IMG/VR virus record: IMGVR_UViG_3300046779_002192
Location: 1-58,799 of that record
Source: a virus
Lineage: Duplodnaviria > Caudoviricetes
Reading direction: 5' to 3' (one strand)
DNA length: 58,799 nt
The notes beneath the pieces were generated by a model. It did no database searches. It was not told the DNA's origin and was given only the letters and a program-made list of their open reading frames with translations. Position 1 is the first letter of the stretch. Every line of letters starts with the position of its first letter. Shown here in pieces: positions 11,001 to 19,100 of the stretch. The position numbers were made by a program, and so were the translations under genes.

Positions 11001-12581
11001 TGGTAATGGCTTATTTGAAGTCTGAAAAGTACCGATAACCTCGTTTAATTCAGAGTCGCCTTCAATAATACCTTGGACTTTAGATAACGTTGATAGATTA
11101 TCTTTTAATTTTGTTAAAGATTGAACCTGCAAATAAACGGTATCAAAATAGCTACAAATTATTTGTGTTAAATTATTTAATTGCTCACCAGACTCTTCAT
11201 CTTCCTCAGTAATCCAGCTAGGAATTAATTTATATAAGGATGTAGAATTATTTAAATCGTGTAACGAACCACTAGCTTGAAGTTCAGTTAATTTGTTGGA
11301 TACATTTGTGTGAGTTGAGTATAAAATAGGGTCACCAATTTCTGTGAAACTAGAACCATAAAGATTTATAGCACTACCAGTATTTCTTGAAGTATTTGTA
11401 TATCCATACCAATAGCCGTTTGTGGTACGACCAGAGTAATCAATTACAACTTGGTCGCGATTTGTTGTACCAACTATACCTTCGTTAAATTTATAATAAA
11501 CACCCAAATTGGTAGCATAATCATCAGTATTTGAACCACCATCTACATTGGTCCACCAATATCTTCCAATGTCTTGAGATGTTCTTGAAGATTTCCAAAA
11601 TCTAAATTCATCTAATGATGCACTTAGCTTGCCGTATCCGATTGCAGTAGAAGTACCATCTATAGCAGTTCTGAGTGACCCTATGTGCGCCGTAATTGCA
11701 CCAGCTAGTGATTCTATATCGGTGCCAGAATTTGTTTGTTGATAAACTTGGCTATCGCGATACAAAGAAACCGATAAGTTACTGGAATCTGAGTTTTTTA
11801 CGTTTATTGCATAATGATGCCAGCCGCCAAGAACACTTAAGCCAGAGCCTAATTGTAGATTATTAACACCATCAGAACCAGAACGAACTGTAAGTAAAAA
11901 ACCACCAGATGAAGTTAGTGCTAGCGTAACTCTTCCATAAGAAACACTAGAAGTATCCTCATTGTTCCACAAATCAAATATGACTTCTTTTTCTGTTTTT
12001 GTTGTGTCAAAAGAATTTTTATTTAACCAAAATTCTAAAGTAAAACCAGTAGAACCATTTACATATAGATTAGATAGTCTGTTATTTGTTGAATCAAGTT
12101 TGTTTGATGTATCAAAGCTGTCTTTGAGACTATTGGCTTGTATAGAACCAGTATTCAATGTGCCTTTTACAAAGATATATTCTTGAGAAGATGGAAGACC
12201 ATAGCCAGAAACTTTTGAACCAACCAAAGTCCCCCAACCATTTGCTGAAAACGTAGCATAACCAGTAGATTTTGGATATTGATTATCAAATACCCATTTA
12301 TCAATTAAAGTGGATTCATTGCGCCATTTTAACTTTTCAGAAGTTGAACCATCGTATGGATATAGATTTAATATTCTGTCAAATGCGTCTGAATAATATT
12401 TCTCAGCAGAACCAAAAAAAGCAAAATTTGCTGGGTTTGAAAAATCTATGTTTGGAACGAAAGACGTTTGATTCTCTATTTGTTCTTCAATAAAATTATC
12501 AGAACGTAAATCAGAATTTATTTCTTCGTTTGTAAGTTTTTCGTTTTTAACGGTTGTTTGGAATAGTTCTTTAAGGCTCAT
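2037..12581 (-). CDS. Giant (3514 aa) baseplate/tail-fibre-associated protein with LamG-like (ConA) domains and beta-propeller inserts
   Basis: FTLEFWL...WHHYAINV...LDEFRFW..R and LGVYYKFNEG (LamG-like); a second LamG-like region (SYLRFW...LVLDWSFNQ); repeated G.K.Y/IYEY.L(S/T)T.WD blades; S/T/N-rich; directly downstream of baseplate wedge genes. Confidence 0.7.
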   Translation of the reverse strand: MSLKELFQTTVKNEKLTNEEINSDLRSDNFIEEQIENQTSFVPNIDFSNPANFAFFGSAEKYYSDAFDRILNLYPYDGSTSEKLKWRNESTLIDKWVFDNQYPKSTGYATFSANGWGTLVGSKVSGYGLPSSQEYIFVKGTLNTGSIQANSLKDSFDTSNKLDSTNNRLSNLYVNGSTGFTLEFWLNKNSFDTTKTEKEVIFDLWNNEDTSSVSYGRVTLALTSSGGFLLTVRSGSDGVNNLQLGSGLSVLGGWHHYAINVKNSDSSNLSVSLYRDSQVYQQTNSGTDIESLAGAITAHIGSLRTAIDGTSTAIGYGKLSASLDEFRFWKSSRTSQDIGRYWWTNVDGGSNTDDYATNLGVYYKFNEGIVGTTNRDQVVIDYSGRTTNGYWYGYTNTSRNTGSAINLYGSSFTEIGDPILYSTHTNVSNKLTELQASGSLHDLNNSTSLYKLIPSWITEEDEESGEQLNNLTQIICSYFDTVYLQVQSLTKLKDNLSTLSKVQGIIEGDSELNEVIGTFQTSNKPLPFAKTLLVSNGIITPELFADASILEKFLDRNEDINFESSLSDIKNNIYNNIYSSLINAFKTKGTKKSYKNILHSFGIDEKLVKINTYPSNTTYTFDNNTNNIAQKRKVINFNEADRYSATIHQYYDSSNSNTRSFITGSVVSSSITVECETIFPLKVFNDELFDDTPFTQTSVFGSHTNNGSNTNLSWATFDYFNFVVKANRNGAESKDAYFQLDSTLLTSPLTTPVFYDVYNNEKWNFIVRISPAKYENSSLITSLNSDYTIEFIGINSFGNTVQNSFTQSATISSIAAERAIQANKSLFVGAYRNNFTGSIINYADSKVSYLRFWTTKLTDETILQHSSDSYNYGTKNPANNSYLNSSNIIPEIDTLVLDWSFNQVTGSDGSGQFIVQDLTSGSINQNKGYDTWFNNISKYQYTGRGYNFLANDNSFVSNEYVVADKLKLPDTINSSDMINILTEDDELFTSDSRPEIYVTRFEKSMYQTISEEMINMFGTMVKFNDYVGRPVHKYRAEYKDLRYLRELFFAKVQNEPDLDKYLEFYKWFDDAVGVFLAQLTPATAQISSKLENTIESHILERQKYQHKYPKINSKAQDPEDGANGINAHLFNWKYGSRPINGSQTTNNLYWKELAERDSADVTRTAIHSASLQVLNRRFSTAYNFNAVQDKTLKGGVNFEQNKRLDFVKVVTAPHGALDETESSPGVFPPANVLFMGVENSSSTFFVPEDPVNPLKKRKYNFTTINVKDYQPNELLYTHRLDSTLVAPLNLISASVQGGYQTDVTNNFLSGVVITNIHNDTYGDSGEIPMQGPFTSQWVGGNQSRHIDLNTGNDSYLTRPEAWKIVYGAINLPDADGNPTQTEFQQAIGYVGADYPYPEGNDFLPSYPVVAHKRATYTREELAKRPVNIKNIQTLTSSAARIGNYTSNYEVVHTFGRTNNNRELIDAINPSIQTELSGVFRSNFNDGRVDFTLPTRQILKTVVGCRFSAPGGYRYSSRGYMNRYAEELSAYNAMSFRNRELIGVPHGVGSTPNVELVSGILGIGLLNHLTTHSERGYYGVSGVYETSASFHKTNKNTKYKVSAPEDAKDADLEPVYDNGFITHQIPQIDANYSWLRNSLVSGAVSGNIAYMGHDIGLTYPTGTRNSDTISYSTIQQGIIGLNSGAYGDVYYGDISGTSFIPVDFVGLHTVVKDELSGNFYPKTLGQPSLDNYLFDGLAINADIVSIEDTSINYVNSNKYPLNQVSENSFSSSFIGSNGTKLYALGRNTRALYEYNLTTAWDTNTATYVGKNKVISSSAIPETGSVGIYWKSDGTVLYLLGLQQSKIYALTASIAWDVTSLNTSTIANTCSLSQSALAGGSSFNETTSSQMYFTNDGLRMYVTNQSANLIHQFTQSGTPWNLSTYRYDGNLNINTATSGRPGGPISNVFDIQFVNNGKSFYISDLTGSSGVPQIYRFNIPNPLDAYNIKGTIVEDGAKNLLPTTTPSTQLKFQFKNDFTKLYVLNFNQITQYGLRSDYDYYARILNSILLNRNGTYGYPIFKQIRTGDAKSAKSMKALSLITNTKKVQTSANSHKENVFEDITNVYREPAVTVSRPIVAIITDTQTNTLIFIKHTDINNIINFANKQLNADLNLENYSSTNQPIDKLITLLSSPQNTRFKLKKLVISQDVYPKIENAGLIDSRNRALFSFPYNSDRFSRNTIDETPTFTEGTELQNINSLNYSGKSSLFTFPRSPAIHFSTKGDYVFFTDYTSSGTPSIKVRSLSTPWDITTVGPTNINSRRLISTEITSYVVTNNPQDIYIRDNGTDFYILAGTESNTTSSHTIQRVTFATPYNLASATTYNGIVKVTGSFPTASHQPQGFYFKPDGMRVYVVGSGSLGVIQQFNLTSSWSLPPAFSASQVTSSNIYAPDTNLSSISFTNDGRFCYLLGKTSKKIYEYRLSTSWDIQSCQLVGSKDISLQTFLLEPEGLYFKQDKRIPAIYVTTNGESTFQYDGPYTTATKPLLSQSVWPLDGAYPYNTSSNGLNSVVGILQNNNTYVSSSTALSLFANENYLYPSPLLANKLTSYSYYSAINPTLPSNAKYNVYYSASLDSDFAIVQTTLSSTLPSDRVLQPTQMFYNNTPWTAASLRGKGPYPNSYEDSSQYSKLKTLQHTLIPEFIVSSKVQDYLTRFNQSSTFIDENFLSITGTVLNSSTDLNFYEQYAHTNNIERIRDINNKITNSKLKTKKSIKLTFEGLLKFTPYEGFYPVQRTLDIVEQFNNSYGENIKYTSLAASASGTPSSGSEKFPSPVSFQESKQYGLRSILTPLFAPGLLYNTIKSGIAVDYPIITSSVSSSEFYLVSSSNISAQSYNRSSKTPLIANNNFNIRLPFETLIEPENYIKNLIFIDQVPSSSAYNMALNVSASWNGNGDFYYKYMINNFLAEIPNFFLQNEKLSALKSNVIIGNNITIKSQDVGKEFAAIVKLKKTINEQSRITADVINTLTDVTSINAATELLKDSYNYPRPQKFGEETITTYSNPSAFGPLCAGGINSGSALTNHYTFNKVDGTSGYNPSFTPPYYDGEAWLLLTYKPKQSGSFNLDQIINDISSSYLRYEFNQYAGLPIEQGFYTFDGIQSNSVGPLACFSSSTGIVDRLNANSMQLSASVFLKVDNIIPQLDSDRLAEGSSNLSIADRKQLVISTKFETPILDFNYGRMIDELSSSHISVMGAFEISGGSHISSSTGIPKDLGIWHQYGLLPRDNAGIYLTIEDMPDSYKAYGRKTGIVLTASAFTPNRDVSNTGSLLSLLGGFENTEVKLGTLADTKVIKEAIVAIPFTIIDGKRKYFELSEETVENYKSNKLSGISSSIVKQLNSMKEYIFPPQFDFLQNNVTPISMYVFEFIHKFSKQDLQDMWQNIMPELGEQDKWKIQTKTIKHEIKEGALLSDIDNIDNLRWLVFKVKKRAEGSYYHMIGKNFVNQAEWEDTSIPNYTYNWPYDFFTIIETGKLTAELEIEEEP
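5040..5880 (-). repeat. Second beta-propeller repeat block within the giant protein (approximate bounds)
   Basis: Blade repeats LSTPWDITT, FATPYNLAS, FKPDGMRVYV..LTSSWSL, FTNDGRFCYL..LSTSWDIQS. Confidence 0.65.
6490..7350 (-). repeat. First beta-propeller repeat block within the giant protein (approximate bounds)
   Basis: Blade repeats SNGTKLYAL..LTTAWDTNT, KSDGTVLYL..SIAWDVTS, TNDGLRMYV..GTPWNLST, NNGKSFYI, KNDFTKLYV. Confidence 0.65.
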
Positions 12582-13989
12582 TCTTCTCTACTCTAAATTT
12601 GAAACTATTTTTTTGCTCTCTCCATGAATTAGTCTGTGAATCAAAAAATGTCAAGTAAATTTGATACATATAATTTGGCTCTAACATATTCATATCAAGG
12701 TCGAAATAATTTCCAGATACATCGTAGCTTAACATGGTATGTAAATTTGAGCCAGTTCCATAATCAATTACTTTTAAATTATCTGATACTCTGACTAACT
12801 TATAAGACGCACTCTCTATAGTTAACGTTTCCACTTCACTAGTGGCTACATTGTAAATAGTGGGATTCCAATCTTTATTGCGGATAAAGAAACGGAATCT
12901 TGCAGTTTCATCTTGAGTATAAAAAGGTTTTGAATTTATCAAAGAAACAACATAATTTGTTGTTAAATCATAATCTTCTGCATCCTGTTGGATTACATCG
13001 ATTGCACCAGTATGATAACAAATGGACAAACCAGAATTAAACCATCTGTCAAATACTTGTGAAGAGGTGGTGTTAAGAGCAAAAGAAGCTGTGTATATGC
13101 CAGTAGATACCCACCCACCAGTAATAACCGTGTTTGTGACCAAGCTACTGCCCGTAGGAGCGTCATACACTCTAACATATACATTACCAGTACCTACTGT
13201 TGGAATGTTCTTTAACTGGCCTCTGATTCGATTATAGAGGTATATAGTATTATTATTATTGTCGGATAATGAAGAGCTTGCATAAAAAGAACCTCTTTGG
13301 TCTTTTCTAGCTGAATTCCATTGAGCCTCTAAAATTGGACGTTTAAAAAAGAATTGACTACCTCTAGCAAAAAACTCTTTTGTATAATAAGAGGCATCAT
13401 CTTCTTCTATTGAAGAAGACATTTTAACCATAAATCCATGATTATTCTTTGTACCAGAAATCCATTGCTCTACTAGTCCAGTAACATCGATATCTAGATT
13501 CTCAATACCAGTAAAAGATTGTGTATATATTGGGGAAGCGTGTGTATCTCCTCCACTCGTCACCCAACTTGAAGTTCCCAAACTTGAAGAGGCTCTATTT
13601 AACCAGTTAGCGGTATCTATATCGGTGTATTCCTCCATATCTAAACCGCGACCTTCATCCCAAGAGCCAGACACAGCTTTTACTTCAAGTACATAATCGG
13701 TAGCTAATGGTTTGTTTGTTGGAGCATTATAAAGTTTTAATTTAAATGAAACAGAACCGCTAGCTGGTAGCATATTACTATTTCTATGTTGCACAATATC
13801 AGATATGGGAAATTGTATAAGTATTCTAGACAACTCTCTACTACCAGTAGATACTTCATCATATAAAGAAAACACTTCTAATATGTCAGATTGTCCCATA
13901 TTACCGCTAACACCACGATAGATACCATTTGATTTAAAAGCATTTGTTATTGTGGTATCAGCAGAGGCATAATATCTTTTTATAGCCAT
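12571..13989 (-). CDS. Baseplate-associated structural protein with a DNRLRE/CBM96-like N-terminal domain
   Basis: 472 aa. ADTTI...SRILIQF...LKLY...VSGSWDEG...IDVTGLVEQW...NHGFMVK...RPILE pattern; translationally coupled to the wedge gene. Confidence 0.55.
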   Translation of the reverse strand: MAIKRYYASADTTITNAFKSNGIYRGVSGNMGQSDILEVFSLYDEVSTGSRELSRILIQFPISDIVQHRNSNMLPASGSVSFKLKLYNAPTNKPLATDYVLEVKAVSGSWDEGRGLDMEEYTDIDTANWLNRASSSLGTSSWVTSGGDTHASPIYTQSFTGIENLDIDVTGLVEQWISGTKNNHGFMVKMSSSIEEDDASYYTKEFFARGSQFFFKRPILEAQWNSARKDQRGSFYASSSLSDNNNNTIYLYNRIRGQLKNIPTVGTGNVYVRVYDAPTGSSLVTNTVITGGWVSTGIYTASFALNTTSSQVFDRWFNSGLSICYHTGAIDVIQQDAEDYDLTTNYVVSLINSKPFYTQDETARFRFFIRNKDWNPTIYNVATSEVETLTIESASYKLVRVSDNLKVIDYGTGSNLHTMLSYDVSGNYFDLDMNMLEPNYMYQIYLTFFDSQTNSWREQKNSFKFRVEKNEP

Positions 13990-15785
13990 TATCTTATGAT
14001 TCCTTTAATGTCGGCAGCAGGATTACGTAACTCAAAAATTGCATTCTTTGGGCAACGAATGAATCTACCATCTGGAGATGTTTGTTTAGCAAAATTTAAA
14101 AATGTACTAGAATAGCCACTTCCATTTTTTAATCTCATTTCAACAGAAATAACATCTGATACACCATTTACTCTGTTTAAAAGAGCATAGAGTTCATTTA
14201 TGCTCAAATGCTCGCCTATATCTAGCTTATTATTATATTTATCCGCAATTGCTATCAAGCAATTAGATAAAATTTGTGCTTTAGAAAATTCAGAAGAACC
14301 AATTACCTCAAAATCAATTGAAAAATTAATTATTTTAGCATCTAATATATCAACAGTATCATTTATCATTTTATAATTTGATAAATATGTTTTTAAATTT
14401 TGTTTAATTACAGAATTTGCTTGTACTAATCTTGAGTTGGAATCTTGTGATATAACGTAAATATTTATGTTTCTTTTGAAGGAATTATTGTCTTGCAATA
14501 CAGCACATCTTTTTACTGCACCAAATCTAGCTGGCATTGAGTATACTAAGGTAGTATAATCTTGAATTGTTACTGCTCGCCCTTGTGAGGCGTAAAAATT
14601 ATTAATTCTTACTTTTAGCTCTTCTGCACTTGTATTTATATTTGTTAAATCGCCAACTATTGGCTGCTCATTTGTTACTTCAATACTGTTTCTTATTACA
14701 GATACGACAGTAGGCGAAAGCGCACTTTGGTCTTTAAATCTTAAAATTGTAGAAATTTTTTGATTTATAGATGCTGGTGCAGCATTTGAATCAGACTCAG
14801 ATGTTACTCGATATATTATGCGTAATGTAGTATTTGCTGGTCCTATACCAAATTTATCTGTCTTATTAATGTCTGATGGGTCAAAATATGAATCAGAAAT
14901 GTAATCTCTTGCATGTAATTGAATTATTGATTGTGCTGGGTCTATAAGAACATTGTCCTCTATGGTATCGTCAGACCCATATCCGAATTGTAAGTAGGTA
15001 TCTCTTATTTCATTTTCTACAACAAATCTTCTTGGTACAGAAACCATCTTCATTATACTTGTTGGTTCGTCTGTGTTGTTTCCAAGATTCTTTATTTCTT
15101 TCATCACCGAATCTTGTGAAAGTGTTTCAACCTCATAATACTCTCTACCTTCAGAATCTATTACTGATATAATTTCTACTATGTTCTCTTCTTTTAATTT
15201 AATTTTTTTAAACTTTTCAAAAGAGCTTATTACAACATTTTCAGATACGGTTCTACCAGAAACTACCGTTCCATGTGCTTTTACAGCATAATACAATGGA
15301 ATCCCTGTGTTTACATCTGTTCTTGCAACAATTATTTCATTATTTGATTGTGAAAAATCTACGTCTTCAACCAGAGTATAAGATTGACCAGAGGTGCTGG
15401 CAAATGTTGAGCCTTTAGATAATATTGGTACGTATGCAGTATCTATTGATAATCCATCGGTTGTTGCTGGCACCAATACGTATAAAGTTACTTGACCATA
15501 GGCAACTGGTCTTCTGTTGATTTTATATCCCATCTGTCTAGCGATTCTATAGATATTTTCATTTTCTATAGCTGTATCTAAGAAACTTTCATTTACTTGA
15601 TAGTCTAAGTAAAAAGATAAAATATCTCCAACATAAGAAACAGAATCAAGCATTAGAGAAGCAAATGATGCTTGTGAAAAGTCTGTTACAGTATCTGGAT
15701 AATATCTTTTTGCATATTCAACCAAATCAGCTTTGATAGAATTAAAATCTCTTGATGTGTATTTAATTGGTACTTTTTTTGCCAT
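13989..15785 (-). CDS. Baseplate wedge subunit (T4 gp6-like / baseplate J-like)
   Basis: IKYTSRDFNSIKADLVEYAKRYYPD..TDFS.AS...LSFYLDYQVNESFLDTA...A+QMGYK and the C-terminal QGRAVTIQDY, hallmarks of gp6-like wedges. Confidence 0.88.
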   Translation of the reverse strand: MAKKVPIKYTSRDFNSIKADLVEYAKRYYPDTVTDFSQASFASLMLDSVSYVGDILSFYLDYQVNESFLDTAIENENIYRIARQMGYKINRRPVAYGQVTLYVLVPATTDGLSIDTAYVPILSKGSTFASTSGQSYTLVEDVDFSQSNNEIIVARTDVNTGIPLYYAVKAHGTVVSGRTVSENVVISSFEKFKKIKLKEENIVEIISVIDSEGREYYEVETLSQDSVMKEIKNLGNNTDEPTSIMKMVSVPRRFVVENEIRDTYLQFGYGSDDTIEDNVLIDPAQSIIQLHARDYISDSYFDPSDINKTDKFGIGPANTTLRIIYRVTSESDSNAAPASINQKISTILRFKDQSALSPTVVSVIRNSIEVTNEQPIVGDLTNINTSAEELKVRINNFYASQGRAVTIQDYTTLVYSMPARFGAVKRCAVLQDNNSFKRNINIYVISQDSNSRLVQANSVIKQNLKTYLSNYKMINDTVDILDAKIINFSIDFEVIGSSEFSKAQILSNCLIAIADKYNNKLDIGEHLSINELYALLNRVNGVSDVISVEMRLKNGSGYSSTFLNFAKQTSPDGRFIRCPKNAIFELRNPAADIKGIIR

Positions 15786-15801
15786 CCATAAAATCCTAAT
15801 A

Positions 15802-15808
15802 TAAATAG
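15802..15808 (-). promoter_or_regulatory. Putative late promoter motif CTATTTA
   Basis: Intergenic ATCTATTTATATTAGGATTTTATGGATG upstream of the wedge gene. Confidence 0.6.
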
Positions 15809-15811
15809 ATG

Positions 15812-16174
15812 TTAAATCGAAAGTTCTAATATCTCTTCGATAGAATGTGCAGTTATTATAAAATTAATAGTTATAGTAGCTGAGTTATAATCATCGTCTG
15901 AGCTAAAACTTATTCCTCTTATTGTTATATATGGAGCATACTTAGCAACCTGCTGTCTAATGTTGTTATTCAAATATGTTTGTACCCTAGATTTGTGTTC
16001 AAATAAAGCTCTTTTTGCTCCAACACCAAAATCTGGATTCCAAGTTCTTTCTCCCGGTGATGTAAGGATAATCATTTTTAAATTTTGTTTAGCCAGTTGT
16101 GCTATTTCATCTATCAAATCATAATGTGCATATCTAGTACCGATATCTAGCGGCAATCTTGGGCCATAAGCCAT
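15812..16174 (-). CDS. Baseplate wedge / sheath-initiator protein, GPW/gp25 family
   Basis: KQNLKMIILTSPGERTWNPDFGVG...LFE...IRQQVAKYAPYITI, the gp25 signature; next to the gp6-like gene. Confidence 0.9.
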   Translation of the reverse strand: MAYGPRLPLDIGTRYAHYDLIDEIAQLAKQNLKMIILTSPGERTWNPDFGVGAKRALFEHKSRVQTYLNNNIRQQVAKYAPYITIRGISFSSDDDYNSATITINFIITAHSIEEILELSI

Positions 16175-16186
16175 TTTAAAATCCTC

Positions 16187-19100
16187 CTAACATCCGTCAG
16201 TAGCAATACGTAAATCAATTCCAGAACCACCTCTTTGTGCTGACCATGCAGCCTCAGAACAGCCTTTTTTACATAATGATGCGTTGGATTCGGTCATATC
16301 TCCAAGGTCTGATATATTAAGGTCTAGTGAAGCGCAATTACCTCTATCACTAGTTGCTAGCGCATATACAAATTCGGCTAAATCTATACCAAGATATATG
16401 TGGCCTAGCGGTGGTATAACTGGTGGCCCAATTGAAATTGGAGAAGGTATCAGCGTGAATGGTAATAGTGCCAAAGAAAATGGTAATACTGGTAATGGTG
16501 TACAAGTCAACGCCGATGTAGCTGTTCTTATTTTAGAAGCAATTGAAATATTTGGGTCTGTTAATTCAACAATTGCCTTCAAAATTATTATTGGAGCTTT
16601 AATTAAAAATTGTAATATAATCTTTGCCAACATACCACTAAGTTTTGGCATTTCAAATGCAGGTCCATTTTGACCCGCATTAGGATTATAACAATCTGTC
16701 TTTTCATTATCATTAGAATAATAAGCTGCAACTGCTGAGTTTCTTATCGCTTCGTCTGATGCGATAATCATCATGTTGGCAAATTGGTCCCTTTGACATA
16801 TTTCCATACAGTTTTCTACGTGAATCAAGGACATTATTTTCGTCATTGAAAAACAATAATCAAATAATAATTTAAATTCGTTTGTTTCACGCAATAGTTT
16901 AAATAACTGAAGTTTTCTTTCTGCCGAAAGAGCTGGTAGAGCATTTCTTACATTAGTTCCACCATTTACAGAAACTTTATGTAATGTGTATGTGTTGTTT
17001 CCGTCTTTAATTTTAATAAAACATGCATATTCCCATTGTCTGGAAGTTGCACTAAATGCTCTTGTTTGTTCAATCCCATCTTTTAACACTTGAAAATCAA
17101 CGTATATTTGTTTTCTATAGAATGATTCATTAAACTTACCAGATAATATTGACATTAAATGTAAATCTTCATTATCAAATTCTTTAAATAACCTATTATA
17201 TCTTTCCTGCATTATCTTAAGTTCAAGCTTAAAAATATAATTTAGTTTAAAATCTTCACTAAATTCTTGGTCTAATGAAATTTTTTGTCCACTTAATGGG
17301 TCATATAGACCATTATTCAAAACTATTTGTGATTCATAATATTCATCTAAATATTCAAAATAAATATTATAGAAGTTTAGGGATAAATCTCCACCCAAAA
17401 CTGCTAATTTTTGCAAATCTTGTTTGAACGTTTGAATTAAAAATTGAATATATAATTCACTATTTTCATATAGTCTTTGATGTTTAAACAAAAATAGAGT
17501 ATTCATAAACATATTAGTAAATTTCATAATATGGTTACGAACCAATAATCTAACAGTAGGTATTTTAATCAAACCAGCTAATGCACTTTTACTGTTTGAG
17601 TCACTTTCATCTTGAATTGCACATGGGTCATTTCTAAATTCTTCTAATGCTTGTTTTTGAAAACCTATATAATCCCCTATATTTTCAAATGGTATAATAC
17701 CCATTTTATTATTAAATTTTTGATATGAGCCAGATAAAGCATAATACATCTCTCTAATGTCATCATCTTTATCATCTTCAGCTAAACTAACCATATCTGT
17801 ATAAAAACTTTGGCGACTTAACAAATTTGCAAAGACATTCATATACAAATTAGTTGAAGAATTTTTTGTAGTTTTTGTTTTGAAAAATTGATTAAATACA
17901 TCGTTTTCTGAGGATATTGTTGTGCTTGCTACTTTATAATTTGGTATTAGAGTGTTAACAAGCTCAGTTATTCCATCAGAGGTTTTATAATATGGCTTAC
18001 CGGTAAATGAAGAAGAAGTATACATATAGATTGGCTTTTGTAGTTGGTCCATAGTTATACTTGTGTTAGCAAACTTTTTAATCATTTCCAACTGTTCACT
18101 ATCAATATCGATATCAGATGTTTGAATTATTGGTGGTAATTCAAGAATTGAATTATCTGATAGTGTAGGCATTCTTTCATTTGAAGCTAGTTTGGTTGGA
18201 TAATACTTAGCTGTTTTATTTAATAATGTAATATATTTATCATTTACTACAGTATAACCAGTATATGAACTTGATTGTATTGTATCTTCACCACTTAATG
18301 CGTGTTTAGTTCTCAATGCCTTGCGCTTAATTTCTTTAATAACACCAACAATTTTAGTTTTTAATTGTTTAGGATTTTCAAAACGCTCTAAATCAGCCAA
18401 ATATAATTCGCTAGGTGAAATATCTTTTAATTTTCCTGTTTTTGCAGATTTTTTTATTCCCAATGATGCAACAGTAATTGGTTCTCCATATTCAATCTCT
18501 GGTTCATCATCTTCTTCGTTTCCAAAATCTATAACTTCTGCCAAAGCAAATTTACTCTTTTTTGTAATAAACATCGGTTTTGCACCATCTTTTGTCAACA
18601 TATAATCTGGTGTTTCAATGTTTTTAAATGTTTTAATTGAGCCGTCTGCCATAGGTACATTAATTTCACCATACCTTGATACTATAACTTTTTTTGGTTT
18701 TAAATTTATAAATCTGCTTTCATTGAAACCATCAAAGTCAATTTTATGTGCCATTTTATATGTTGAAAATAGACCTTCAAGAGCTATGTTAGCAACAAAA
18801 TCTACGTTTGGTACATCTGTTGGTTTAATAGCACCGGGTTTTCCATTTTTACAAAATACTGTTAAATCAGCAGTATCAAGCAAAGAGTTTGGGTCATTTC
18901 TTAATTTAGCAATAGTTCCTACTATTTCCTCATGTTGTTTCTTTAGCTTTTCTCTTTCTTTTTTTACTAAATCCTTGGCGTCTTGTTCGTCAAAACCTTT
19001 TTTGCGAAGCATTGTGGCTTTTCTATCTTCTAGATTTTTTATAAAATCTGGCGAACAAATTGTATTTAAATCTACTGTTTGTTGTAGTTGATTTAATGAG

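Noticed and set aside
2037-12581. Diversity-generating retroelement or intein/intron in the giant tail protein
   Set aside because: No reverse transcriptase, no TR/VR repeat pair, and no intein or homing-endonuclease motifs seen in the window.
12854-12860. Intragenic CTATTTA about 270 nt upstream of the giant gene
   Set aside because: Lies within coding sequence and could arise by chance in AT-rich DNA; not listed as a feature without TSS data.
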